64,000 bases of DNA from Camelus ferus. Its lineage: Eukaryota. The stretch spans positions 102,240,001-102,304,000 of the forward strand of contig NC_045697.1 of the NCBI RefSeq assembly GCF_009834535.1. The letters are read 5' to 3'. Of this stretch, positions 12,916 through 24,400 are shown piece by piece. How positions within the stretch are numbered: the stretch's first letter is position 1; each line of letters starts with the position of its first letter. The translations under genes were made by a program, and so were the position numbers. A model generated the notes under the pieces. It was not told where the DNA came from. It worked only from the letters and a program-made list of their open reading frames with translations, and made no database searches.

Positions 12916-15900
12916 TAAATGGAAATGTTAGTGTTTTATTTTGCCAAGTATAACATTAAAAAATACGTCTACGATCGCTTACCTTCCATGTTTCCTAAAT
13001 GAAATAACATTTGCTGCCTGGGAATAAGATGTTTAAAATCAGGAGAAACTTAGCTGTTTGCAAAAACCCACTGTCTTTCCTTCCTTTGTCTCATTCTGGT
13101 GAAAGCTGCATTGCAGAAGGAGGGAAGCGTTTCAAGATTCTTCTACACTTTTCATTATTTGACTTATCTAATTAAAGAGGCAGATCACTTAAGCCTCTTT
13201 TTACTTTCCTTGCATTTTCGGGGTACACAGCTATCCAAGAGTAGTTTGCCCTGCCCATCGTGTGGAATAGATGGGTTTTATCAACACAGTACTTGGGGAG
13301 ATGATGTTACATTCAGTCATTCCTTTTTAATAGTCTGAAGCTGATTCAGGCCCAACTGAAAGTATTTCAAGATTATTTAGCAAACTCATCATCTGCAAAC
13401 TAATTTTTGAAAAATCTTTTTTGTGAAATGGTTGTTCCTTTATGTAGCAGTCTTTATACATTTTTCTTTCTTAAAGTACAATTTTTATCAGCTTCCTAAG
13501 GCTATAGAAAACAGGCACGATCCAGTATCACACAAAGGAAACCAAAATAAGCAGATGAGACATTTAGGGCTGTGGGCCTCCCGTTCACTTGAAACTGCCA
13601 GGCACAGAGCCATATAGGGTCAGTCTTGCACCAGCCGGAGGTTTCACCAGGACTGCCGTCGGCTTGACCCACTAAGAAACGAGACCTTGACCCATTCAGT
13701 TTCCATTAACTCAGACAAGCACGACAGGGTGGGAGAAACGGCACTGAACTGGGAGTTGGAGACTAGATTTTGAAGCTGGCTCTGTCCTTTTCTCCAGTTT
13801 GTATCTTTGAGTAAAAATTTCGAAGGCAAGACTAGGTAATTTCTATTCCTATAGGTCTAAAATTCCTTGGATATTATGATCAGATTTTGCTGGGATGCCG
13901 GGATCCATGTGTCTGCTATTCAGTTTTAGTCTAGGATCACCAACCTGCTCTGTCTCTGCCTGTTGCGCCTCAGTGTTGAACCCGCTCAGTCTCACCCTCG
14001 GGCTTGCCATGGGAGCTGGGAATTGGGTGGGAGGCTCTTTGATGGATTTGCTGCAGTTTCTCTGTATCTGTTTCTCTCTACTTTGTCCACACTGGGGAAA
14101 AGATGTATTAATAATACAGTGTGACTTTGCTTTGTGCTTACAATCACATTCCAAACCAAACTGTGTCCATGGAAAAGAAAATGCTGTTGTCTGACTCTGC
14201 AGTCAACCTAACCAGCAGGAACTTGGCATGCAAATACTAGTGCTTATGAGGTCCCCTTACCACCATTCTCCCCAATGACCTCCCTGTATCTCTGTTCGTA
14301 GTTTCTCTCTCAAGTCCCATAGCTGATTGCTTTTATACTTATTAAAGGTGGTTTCAGGTATATTCCTTTGGTTGAAACTCTTTGGCACATTTGGACTCTC
14401 CTCTCTTCCACCTTGCCCTTGGTCCTATACACACCTCCATGTACACCTGCTCTTATGTCAAATCTTGTTTCTTAAGAACAATTTAGAACAATTTCTTGAG
14501 AAAGATGACCATTGCTTTTTTTAAAATGTTCTCAATTACATAAACTAGAATATGTCTCTGTTACTGGATTTTAAAACAACACAAAATAAAATACCAGTCA
14601 GTAAAGTGGGTATGCTTGTGAGCAGCTTAGCTGAGGTTACGGTACCTTCACAAGGTGCTATAAGAGGATGAATTCCATACCTAAGGCAAATATCAGACTA
14701 AAAATTACTCTCAGGAAATGATTTTAGATTTAATATTTAATTTATATATCCTCTATCTGTTACCCAAAGATCTTAATTTTTTTTTTTTTTAAGGATAGAG
14801 GATTCAGGGGGAAATGGGTTGCTGAAAACAAGACACAATCACATGAGAGTGATTGTGTGTAGCTTTAAACTGTGACCATTCTATCCTGTGGTGTTTTAAA
14901 GCACAACCCTTTCCCACATTCCAGAACATCTGTGGTTGTGTTCAAGTTCATAAGGCCCTAGGACATTTTGCACCAGTTTGAAACCTACAACCTATGTGCT
15001 TTTGGAGGAGATACGGCTCCACAAATTTAGCTTCAGAGAGGGGCCCACCCAAGTGAGCAAATAGTTGTAAATGTAAGTAAACAGTGCAGTGAAAAAACAA
15101 AAGTCCAGATTCCTATAAAGGATTCTAGAACCTCTTGATCAGCTTCTATGTGACTCTCAAATCATTTCCTGACTTTGTTTTTGAACATCAGCAGTAAGTT
15201 TTGGTTTTCTAATAATGAGCTATTGAGAGTATTTGGCTGTCCTCTCTTCCCAAATCTGGGATTTTTGTCCAGCAGATGTTTCCAGTTGTGTTACTGGTGT
15301 TGAGTTGTGTGTGGGGTATGATGATGTAGAAACCCAGAGAATAGTTTGAGCCGAGGCCAAACATTGTTGCTTGTTGCTTACTATGGGCCAAATTTGAACT
15401 CATACTTCCAAAGGTTCAAAAGCTAGCACATTAGCTTTTCCTGGAAAATACAGACTCCAGAATAATAAATCATTCTCGAAAGAAAATCCAGTCATTTTTG
15501 TACATCACATCATTACTACATGAGCCCACTCCCTTTTAAAAGTGGAAAGATGCTTAATGTGTCAGTTCTTCAAAACTCAAGTTCCTTTTGCAGACTGAGG
15601 GAAATATGTCCCAGTGAGGCAATATGCTAAAAACACTGTCCATGTAAAATCCACAATCGAGAGGCCGGGTAAGGCATCCAGTATCTACAGGGAAGATGAA
15701 AAAAAAAAAGTCAGGCCAAATGGTATCATATTTCTTCTGGGGTTTTCCTCTCTGCTGGTGTGGATGGGAGCTTGAGGTTTTATCATAAAGGGATAACATG
15801 GCAAGAAATCATGTACTGGCTTGCAGTCATGGAGAAAAGGCATTCACATCTGTTTCTGGTATTCTGTTGAAGAATCTCTCCAGTTGATAATTTGGATTGG

Positions 15901-16116
15901 AAGCAAATTGGTTTGTTTTCATAGGTCCTTTTCTTCCAAGCTCGGATAAAACAAACCTATCCTGTGGGTCCAATGGTTTGCATTCTGTATTCTTGGTTTA
16001 TGTGGCACAAAATCCTTCTATTACATTGCTAACACATTATCCATCTTAAAGAGAACAAAACGAGCTGAGTCTTAGCAGGATTTATGTTACATAAGCTCCC
16101 ATGATTGACTACACAT

Positions 16117-16156
16117 TGTGTGTGTGCGCATGCGCATGTGCATGCGTGTGTATGTG
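16117..16156. repeat. Alternating purine-pyrimidine (TG/CG/CA) tract containing TGCGCATGCGCA
   Basis: tgtgtgtgtgcgcatgcgcatgtgcatgcgtgtgtatgtg read directly. Confidence 0.9.
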
Positions 16157-17969
16157 AAATTAGAATTCTTAAATGAGATCTAAATGTAATTCTGTCTTTT
16201 AATTTAAATTTTCTTTAAATGGCTTGTACCTGTAATAGTTACTATGACTTTCTTGCTTGGAAGACTACCCCAACATTAACCTAGCAAGAAAAAAATAAAG
16301 ATGTGATCAAGTGATTAAAGGTGATAGTAAAGTCGCTAGTGATAAGTGGGGTGGCCTTTTCCTTGCTGGACTTCTGCTAGTTGAAGAATACGGAGTTTTT
16401 TGGGTTTTATGTTTTTGGAGTTTTTTTTTTTTTTCTCTCATTTTAAATCAATCAGTAAAGAATGTAGCGAATACAGACAAGTCTAAGCTGAAGTTTTTAA
16501 GGTGAAGGAAAGACAAAGTCCCTCTCTTCACAGAGTATAAAACACATGAAAAGAGGACAAATGCAGACACAAAGAAAAAGTGCAAAAAGGATGTCAATGC
16601 ATAAACACAGAGAAACATGAATACGCGTGCCGAATATGGCTGTTTATTAGGTTTGGTGATAGGCTAAAATGACTGGAGCCAAGTACAATGAACTGGGAAG
16701 ATAACAGGAAGTTATTAGGAAAAAAGAGACATCTGTATTACAGAAAGAGAGGGCAGTGTCTTAGATGAAGGATGCTTTAAAAAGTATCTAATGAATCAGA
16801 AAAATTTCTGGTCCTTGATTTTACTTTATTTCTGTTGGAATTCTGCTGTAGTTCAAAGCCTGAAAAAAAATGTAGAATGAAAATATTTTCCAAAATTATT
16901 ATAAAATTAAGTGAAACTCTCTCCAATATGGCTTTGGTTCTTTCAATTGGATTTTTCAAAAAGAGTTTCAAATTGGTTAATGACTATTCTTTTGAAGTGA
17001 CAGAACTTTGAAAAATCTTTACAAAGATAATTTTTAGGGAGTTATAAGAGACAGAAAAAATGTGAAATTGTTTTAGAAAAGATGTTGTCTCCGTCTTTTC
17101 CCAAGGCACAGCAGTATAAACAAGTAGCAGATTTCCTGTGTGACCTAATGAGACATAAACACAGATAGTATAAGCGAAATGAACCCCAGAAGACAGTGTT
17201 CAAAAAAAATTATGAAACTGATGACATTCATAGATCTATTGAGACATACTGTTTGGGATGTGACCGCCTCAGCCAGAAGAAAGGTGGTTTACTGACACCA
17301 TTTTGAAGTTGATTACCATCTTGTCACCAGTGTGTCAACTCAGTCGGAGCTGTCCCCATAACCTCTCTCTCCTGTGTTACATCTCTCAATGGGATACATT
17401 GTTTTTTCTGTTGCAAGCATTCATCCTCCATGTGGAAATAAATCATTTTGCTTTTACAGCTCTTCAACTTTAGAATCTAAGGAACTAAACAGACACAAAA
17501 CCAGTTAAAATTTTTTAAAAATTATTTTTTAATAATCTTATGGCAAAAGCCTACCTCTGGGCAGAACTTATCAATTTGATTTTTTTGTAAAAAAAATAAA
17601 ATAATAATAAAAAAACTGACCAAGAAAAGCCTAAGTGGACCAAAGAGCTGTACCATGATTTAAAACCCAACATTGCTGGGTTAAAATAAAAGCAGTTGGT
17701 GCTTTAAACAAATTTTAATATTTCTACCTTTTCCCACTCTCTATCCTCAGCTCATGCGAATTATGTTATTCTTTATGCTTAAAAAAGAGTGAGTCTGGAA
17801 CCTTTACTTGACTATTTTTCATCACTTGGCATTTCAGAGAAAGAGACAAATCAAAGACAATGAGCTGATGTCAGGAATTTATTAGATAAAAAGGACAAAT
17901 TCAAAATATGTCCTGAACTTCATAAAATCATAGAAAACCAGGGCTGTAAATAATCACAAAAGCAGAGAA

Positions 17970-18080
17970 GCTCATCAAAATGAACAGGCTTTGTAGTTGG
18001 ACAAACTTGGGTTAAAATCCCAACTCCCTGACTCACTTGCTGTGTAGCTGCCTTTTAGTTATTTAACCTTAATATTTTAA
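17970..18080 (+). mobile_element. MIR SINE 5' half
   Basis: 'acaggctttgtagttggacaaacttgggttaaaatcccaactccctgactcacttgctgtgt...gttatttaacct'. Confidence 0.65.
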
Positions 18081-18427
18081 AAATACATAAACATGGTTAG
18101 AAATTTATAAATAAAATTGAAACAATGAAGTTTTTTAGAGCTAGAAAGGGCTTCAGGCAGTGAATAGATACTCTGAAGTGTCAAGTTACAGCTCTTCTCT
18201 GTGTTGCCCTGATGCTCACACAGTAGGAAAGCTGAGGAGGAGAGGAATTAAGTAGGGAGAGGATCTGCACTGTCTCCAAGCCTGAGACCCAAGAGTTACA
18301 GCCAGGTGGACCTCCTTCCTAAAGGTCAATCATAAGGTCCCTGACAGAGGGAGGGATCCACTGTGAAAGTCACGTTGTGTGTGCTTTATTGTCCGAAAAT
18401 AATAGTATAATTTAAAAACACATGATA

Positions 18428-18522
18428 GGGGTGTATATATATAGCTCAACGGTAAAGTGCATGCTTAGCATGTACGAAGTCCTGGGTTCAATCCCCAGTA
18501 CCTCCATTTAAAAAACGTATAT
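18428..18522 (+). mobile_element. tRNA-Ala(AGC)-derived SINE (camelid vic-1-like)
   Basis: A box 'tagctcaacgg', anticodon arm 'gcatgcttagcatgt', B box 'ggttcaatcc', 3' 'cctcca' and A-rich tail; TSD acatgata at 18420-18427 and 18523-18530. Confidence 0.85.
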
Positions 18523-19019
18523 ACATGATAAAATCATGTTAAAATAAATGGACCCCAGATCCAATATTTTTGTTACTAGAAGTAGCATTGCGATAATTAC
18601 CAATAAAACAATTTCAAAAGGTCAGAAAGTCAGAGTGAGGGTAATTAATGTTCAGACAGGTCATATGCTTACAAATTAGTTCTGCTTTTAGGGATAGTTT
18701 TAATGCTGAAATCATTTATAAACTGTTAAAATTACATTCTTATATTTCAAAAAATGGAAAATATTATAAAAATTAGAGGACATTTTAAAAAAGAACTTAA
18801 GAAAGGATAAAGAAGAGACCACTTGTATTTTTTTATTTGTCAGTCCTCCAGAGTGGTATTCATAAAATGCAGTAAGTGGCATTTCCATCATTTATTCATT
18901 TATAGTGATCAAGTAATGCTTATAAATTAAAACAAATTATTTTAAAACTTTTGAAATTTGTTTCAAAATGATGCATATAAGCAAATTTGCAGTAGAACAG
19001 CCTATTTAGTTGAGAAGTC

Positions 19020-19225
19020 ACTGGTGCATTGGGAAGAGTAAAGGATTTGGGGTCATGCATATCTGAGCTTGAGATCCATCTGCACTGGTTATGAGAGCTC
19101 GAGTGGGTTGTTTAACTTCAAATACTGGCTTTGAACATCAGTATTTCAATCTGTAAAATGGGAATTCATAGAATGTTAGGATGTCATGAGAAGAGTTATT
19201 TTATGTTCAGTGCCTGGCTTTTGAT
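19020..19225 (+). mobile_element. MIR SINE
   Basis: 'agagtaaaggatttggggtca...ctgagcttgagatcc...catcagtatttcaatctgtaaaatggga...ttcagtgcctggc'. Confidence 0.7.
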
Positions 19226-19919
19226 ATACGCAGGTTTTTTTTTTTTTAAATTGTCTGAAAAACATCATCACTGAGTATTTTTTTAAGGAGTAGTAGTAAG
19301 AGGTAGTCAATACATGTCTCAAAGTTAACATAAAGATGCAATTTTAAAGTAAAACAAATGTCTCTAAACTAATAGTCTCTAACCCAACAGGCTTTAAACA
19401 TAATGAGGATATTATTTTAAAATAAAAAGAATTTCTTCCAAAGTGATTTTGAAAAGCTTTCTCTAACACATTAGATTTCTAAGAGAACTGAACACAATGG
19501 ATGATTCATATTCTTACAAATACAACATATTAGAGTAATGAAGAATTTCAAAGAGATACACTTTTCCTTCCTGCCTGAGTTCAACTGTTTCATATTTTTA
19601 TTAATTTTTCTGGTCAAGACCAAGGGTACATTTTTTAAAAGCATAAAACATCCTATTAAAAAAATGTAGTAAAACTACCCTGAATGTGATTGAAGTTTAT
19701 ATACTGAGTCACTCAGAAGAGTGAAGAAGGGTTTTACAATGTTAAGAAAAAAAAAGTGGTAATACCAATCCAAAATATTTGGGAAATGTTCCAGATTATG
19801 AAATATTCATGTAGTGTAACAATGTACTTGAGGCATGAAACTTAATTTTTGAAAACGTCTGCACATAAAAATGCTTGTGAACTGCATTCTTACTGCTTTT
19901 CTTGCTGACAGGATGTATT

Positions 19920-20146
19920 TATTGGACTCACACAACCAATATGCACCTTCTTCCCCAGGGGAGAGCTTTCCCCCGGACTTCGGCTGCAAGTGATTCTTCC
20001 GCGGTGGCAGCATCTCTAATGTTAGAGATGGGGTTCTCTTTCGGAGGGGCGTGCAACACAGTAATTTTTCATCCCTAATTAGGATAGAGGGAGGGTCCTG
20101 GGCTTTATCACTGTCATAGTTCTTTTAAAATCTTTGACTCGTAAGT
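19920..20146 (+). promoter_or_regulatory. Candidate promoter/enhancer module with a downstream splice donor
   Basis: Inverted CCAAT pair 19921-19940, TCCCCAGGGGA 19952-19962, GGGGAGAGCTTTCCCC 19958-19973, several retained CpGs, GC box GGGGCGTG near 20046, GTAAGT 20141-20146; motif evidence only. Confidence 0.4.
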
Positions 20147-20230
20147 AAATTAGCCTGCTGTAGAAAAAGCCCCACCCTTCTCATTTTTCCAGTGAAGTTA
20201 ACAATGGTGGTAATAATCATGATAATAATG

Positions 20231-20283
20231 AGGAGGTGGGGGAAGAAAGGAGGAAAAAGAGGAAGAGGAGAAGGAGGGAGAGA
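20231..20283. repeat. GA-rich purine low-complexity tract
   Basis: gaggaggtgggggaagaaaggaggaaaaagaggaagaggagaaggagggagaga. Confidence 0.85.
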
Positions 20284-20334
20284 TGGCCAAGAGTCAGCGT
20301 ACCCACTGACTTTTCAAAAGTCACCTTGAGGATA

Positions 20335-20490
20335 AAATCTCAAAACTTCTGCGGCATAACAATTGCCTGAGAGCTCTATTTTTGAAGTGCAGATTTCTGG
20401 GTTCCACCCTGAGATGTTCCGATTCAGTGTATCTGAAGTAGGGCCTAGGAATCTGTAGTTAAAATATAAATCCCCAAGTCTGTAGACAGC
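20335..20490. mobile_element. MER5-like hAT-Charlie DNA transposon
   Basis: 'gcagatttctgggttccaccctgagatgttccgattcagtgtatctgaagtagggcctaggaatctgta' is a typical MER5A/B core. Confidence 0.7.
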
Positions 20491-21699
20491 CCCTTGAGAA
20501 ATGCTGCTTGGTATATTTTAGGAGTGAGAGTGTGTGTCTCCAGGCAGCTCTTGGAGGCAGCCACAGACAGCTGTCTATAGTTCTGGCTCTGCTCACCTTG
20601 TATCCATGAACCTCTCGGCCATCCTGCACTCTTTCTCTTAATGGCATCCATGCAAGGGTAGGTGTGGAGCTGTCTATATGTTCCCCTTACTGCCCACTCC
20701 CTGTTCACACAACGCTAATGTAGAAGGGGTCTCAGACTTCAATGAAGGGCTTGGGTCTGCTGAGGGAAGCTAATACACAGGATGGAAAAACAAAGCCATG
20801 TGGTTTATAAGATGCCCAGTAACTCTTTCCCGAGAGAAAAGAACACCCATCAAAATTAACCCTCTCTCAAGGGTACCATTGTAGACTGGACCCCAGTTCC
20901 TAGCCCCTGTCCTTTTTCAGACTTCCTCAGAATGTCCCAGAACTCTTGCAGGGAACATCCACATCTCTCCCACAGGGATTTTGTTGCCTGATGGTTCACT
21001 CCTCCCCCTTTATCTAGCACTCCTGAAGACATAGTGTCCCCGGAAGAACATTCTTAGTTTCTGAAATTGGAGCACAACTTAGCCTCATCAGGAGGGTGTG
21101 GGTGAGGGGGGCTCTTCCTACAGTGAGACAGAATGTGCAGCGTCAGCTTTGACACTTCAGGTCTTGGCTCCTTTAAAATGTCCCAAAGCAGTTTTAGGTG
21201 CAGAGTGATGACTGTGTCTAGTTAGTCAGTGCATGCATACACACCACAAACACCATGCAGGCTCAAGCCCACACCTGGTTCACCAAGATAAACATGTTAA
21301 TTCATGCAGACATTACAGTCTAGATTCTAGATCCATAGTAAGAAAGAAAAAAATCCTGTAAGCACTATGATCTGCACAAGATGACCAACCACAATGAAAA
21401 TGACATGTGGGATAATGCCAGTCCCGTCTTTGGTTAGCCTTCATCAGGAGGCTGATCACCATTGGAAGCATATAAGAAATGGTGCTCACTACTGAGCCAT
21501 CTGCTCACAGAGACTAACATACAGATCCAGAGGAAACTTTAAAATTACACATCAGAGGACATTTCTGGGTTTGTTGTGAGTGCAAGAGATACAATATGAA
21601 GATTAGTAATCTTCCCATAGAAAGCAGTTCTCCAGGGGTTGAAGTTTGGAGGTGTTTAGTTTATACTTCCACTGCTAGTTATAAACACTTTACATTTTC

Positions 21700-22435
21700 T
21701 TAGTCTTTTAAATTTTATTTTTGTTGGTTTAATATTATTTTAAAATCAACATGCAGTAAAATTGACCTTTATTTTCAATGTAGAGATCTATGAATTTTAA
21801 CACATGTACAAATTTGTGTAATCAACAGCATCATCAGGACACAGAGCAGTTCCATCACCTCAAAATCTGCCTCATGCTCCACCTTTGTAGTCACACCCTC
21901 CTCCCCACCCAACGCCAGGCACCATTGATCTATTCTTTGTCATATAGTTTTGTCTTTTTGAAAATGTCATATAAATGGAATAATGCATTATGTACTCTTT
22001 TGAGATGGGCTCTTTCATCCAGGTTTTTGAAGGGGGTCAGTGATTTGTTTTTCACTGCTGGATAGTATTCCATTTTGGACATAACACTGTTTATCCATGA
22101 AGGACATTTTGATCAGTTCCACATTTTAGCCGTTATGAATAGAGTTGCTATGAACATTTGTGTGTAGATCTTTGTTTGCATACAAGTTTTCATTTCTTTT
22201 AGGTAAGTACATGGGAATAGGATTGCTAGATCACATTGGAAGCATATGTTTGAATTTATAAGAAACTGCCAAATTGTTTACCAGAATAACAGTACCATTT
22301 TGCATTTTCACCAGCAGTGTATGAGAGTTCCATACTCCCCATGGCAGCTCTAGGTATTGCCAGTATTCTTTATTTTAGCCACTCTAGTAAGTATATAGTG
22401 GTATCTCATTGTTATTCTAATCATTATTTCCCTCT
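21700..22435 (-). mobile_element. Old L1M (L1MB/MC-like) 3' end
   Basis: 'gagttgctatgaacatttgtgtgtagatctttg...agaaactgccaaattgtttaccaga...ccagcagtgtatgagagttcca...gtggtatctcattg'; ORF 21790-22065 is antisense L1. Confidence 0.85.
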
Positions 22436-22944
22436 TGTCTGTAGATACAGTTCTTTTCTTCTGTAATATTTTTGTGTATATCTTTCATTGCAAGTCTTGC
22501 ATTGTTCATCTCAGGACACCACTCAAGAATGAGTGAGGCCCTGGGCACAGAAAGATGAATAAAGCATAGTTCCTGCCCTCAGGAAACTCACAATATGGTG
22601 GTAGGTGCAAATGCTGATCATGATAGTATACAGATATGTACATAATGTAAGTTAAAAACAGAATTATTAAAAACTGACTCCACAAGTCTAAAATTTTTCC
22701 TATAGAGTTAAAAAATATTGGTCATTATCTCTGTTGTCCACTACACACATACATGTAATTATTATTTACAGACAGTTGAAAATTAAAAACAGGAGGAGTT
22801 AGAGAGAGGGAGAAAGAGAATTATTTCCCAAGTTTAAAAACACTTAGAAGTTAGATTTTCATTAAATTAAAATTTATTTGCAAATAAATTTAGGTAAAAC
22901 TCTACTGACTGTAAAACCTCAACCATTAAAATTGGCTTGGTCTT

Positions 22945-24400
22945 GGACCAATGGAACAGAATAGAGAACCAGAAATGAACCCACAAACTTTTGGTCAACT
23001 AATCTTCGACAAAGGAGGCAAGAATATACAATGGAATAAAGACAGTCTCTTCAGCAAATGGTGTTGGGAAAACTGGACAGCAGCATGTAAAACAATGAAG
23101 GTGGAACACCCCCTTACACCATACACAAAAATAAACTCAAAATGGATCAAAGACTTAAACATAAGACAAATACAATAAACCTCCTAGAAGAAAATACAGG
23201 CAAACCATTATCTGACATACATCTCAAAAATGTTCTCCTAGGACAGTCTACCCAAGGAACAGAGATAAAAGCAAGAATAAACAAATGGGACCTAATTAAA
23301 CTTACAAGCTTCTGCACAGCAAAGGAAACCATAAGTAAGACAAAACAACAACCTACAGAATGGGAGAAAACTTTTGCAGAAGGGGAAACTGACAAAGGCT
23401 TGATCTCCAGAATATGTGAGCAGCTCATAAGACTTAATAAGAAAAAACAAACAACCCAATCCAAAAATGGGCAGAAGACCTAAACAAGCAATTCTCCAAG
23501 GAAGACATACAAATGATCAATAGGCACATGAAAAAATGCTCAGTATCACTAATTATCAGAGAAATGCAAATCAAAACTACAATGAGGTATCACCTCACAC
23601 CAGTCAGAATGGCCATCATTCAAAAGTCCCCAAATGGCAAATGCTGGAGAGGCTATGGAGAAAAGGGAGCCCTCTTACACTGCTGGTGGGAATGCAGTTT
23701 GGTGCAGCCACTGTGGAAAACAGTATGGAGATTCCTCAAAAGACTAGGAATAGACTTACCATATGACCCAGTAATCCCACTCCTGGGCATTTATCCAGAA
23801 GGAATCCTACTTCAGAAAGACACCTGCACCCCAATGTTCATAGCAGCACTATTTACAATAGCCAAGACATGGAAACAGCCTAAATATCCATCAACAGATG
23901 TCTGGATAAAGAAGATGTGGTATATTTATACAATGGAATACTATTCAGCCATTAAAAATGACAAGGCCATAACACCATTGCAGCAACATGGATGTTCCTG
24001 GAGAATGTCATTCTATGTGAAATAAGCCAGAAAGAGAAAGAAAAATACCATATGAGATCGCTTATATGTGGAATCTTAAAAAAAAAAAAAAAAGAACATA
24101 AATACAAAACAGAAACAGACTCATAGACATAGAATACAAACTTGTGGTTGCCAGAGGGGAGGAAGGTCATAAGGGACAGACTGGGAGTTTGAAATTTGTA
24201 GATACTGACAGGCATATGTAGAATAGATAAATAACATTATACTGTATAGCACAGGGAAATATATACAAGATCTTGTGGTAGCTCACAGTGAAAGAGAATG
24301 CGACAATGAATATATGTATGTTCATGTATAACTGAAAAATTGTGCTCTACACTGTAAATTGACATAGCATTGTAAACTGACTGTAACTCAAAAAAAAAAA
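22945..24400 (+). mobile_element. Young 5'-truncated LINE-1 (cetartiodactyl/camelid type): frameshifted ORF2 C-terminus, 3' UTR and poly(A)
   Basis: ORF pieces '[28 protein letters not shown]', 'INKWDLIKLTSFCTAKETI', CCHC motif '[19 protein letters not shown]', '[18 protein letters not shown]'; TSD aaaattggcttRgtctt at 22928-22944 and 24397-24413. Confidence 0.97.

Noticed and set aside
18428..18506. Functional tRNA-Ala gene
   Set aside because: It has a TSD and A-rich tail, the acceptor stem is disrupted by (TA)n, and a second decayed copy lies at 49.8 kb. This is a SINE.
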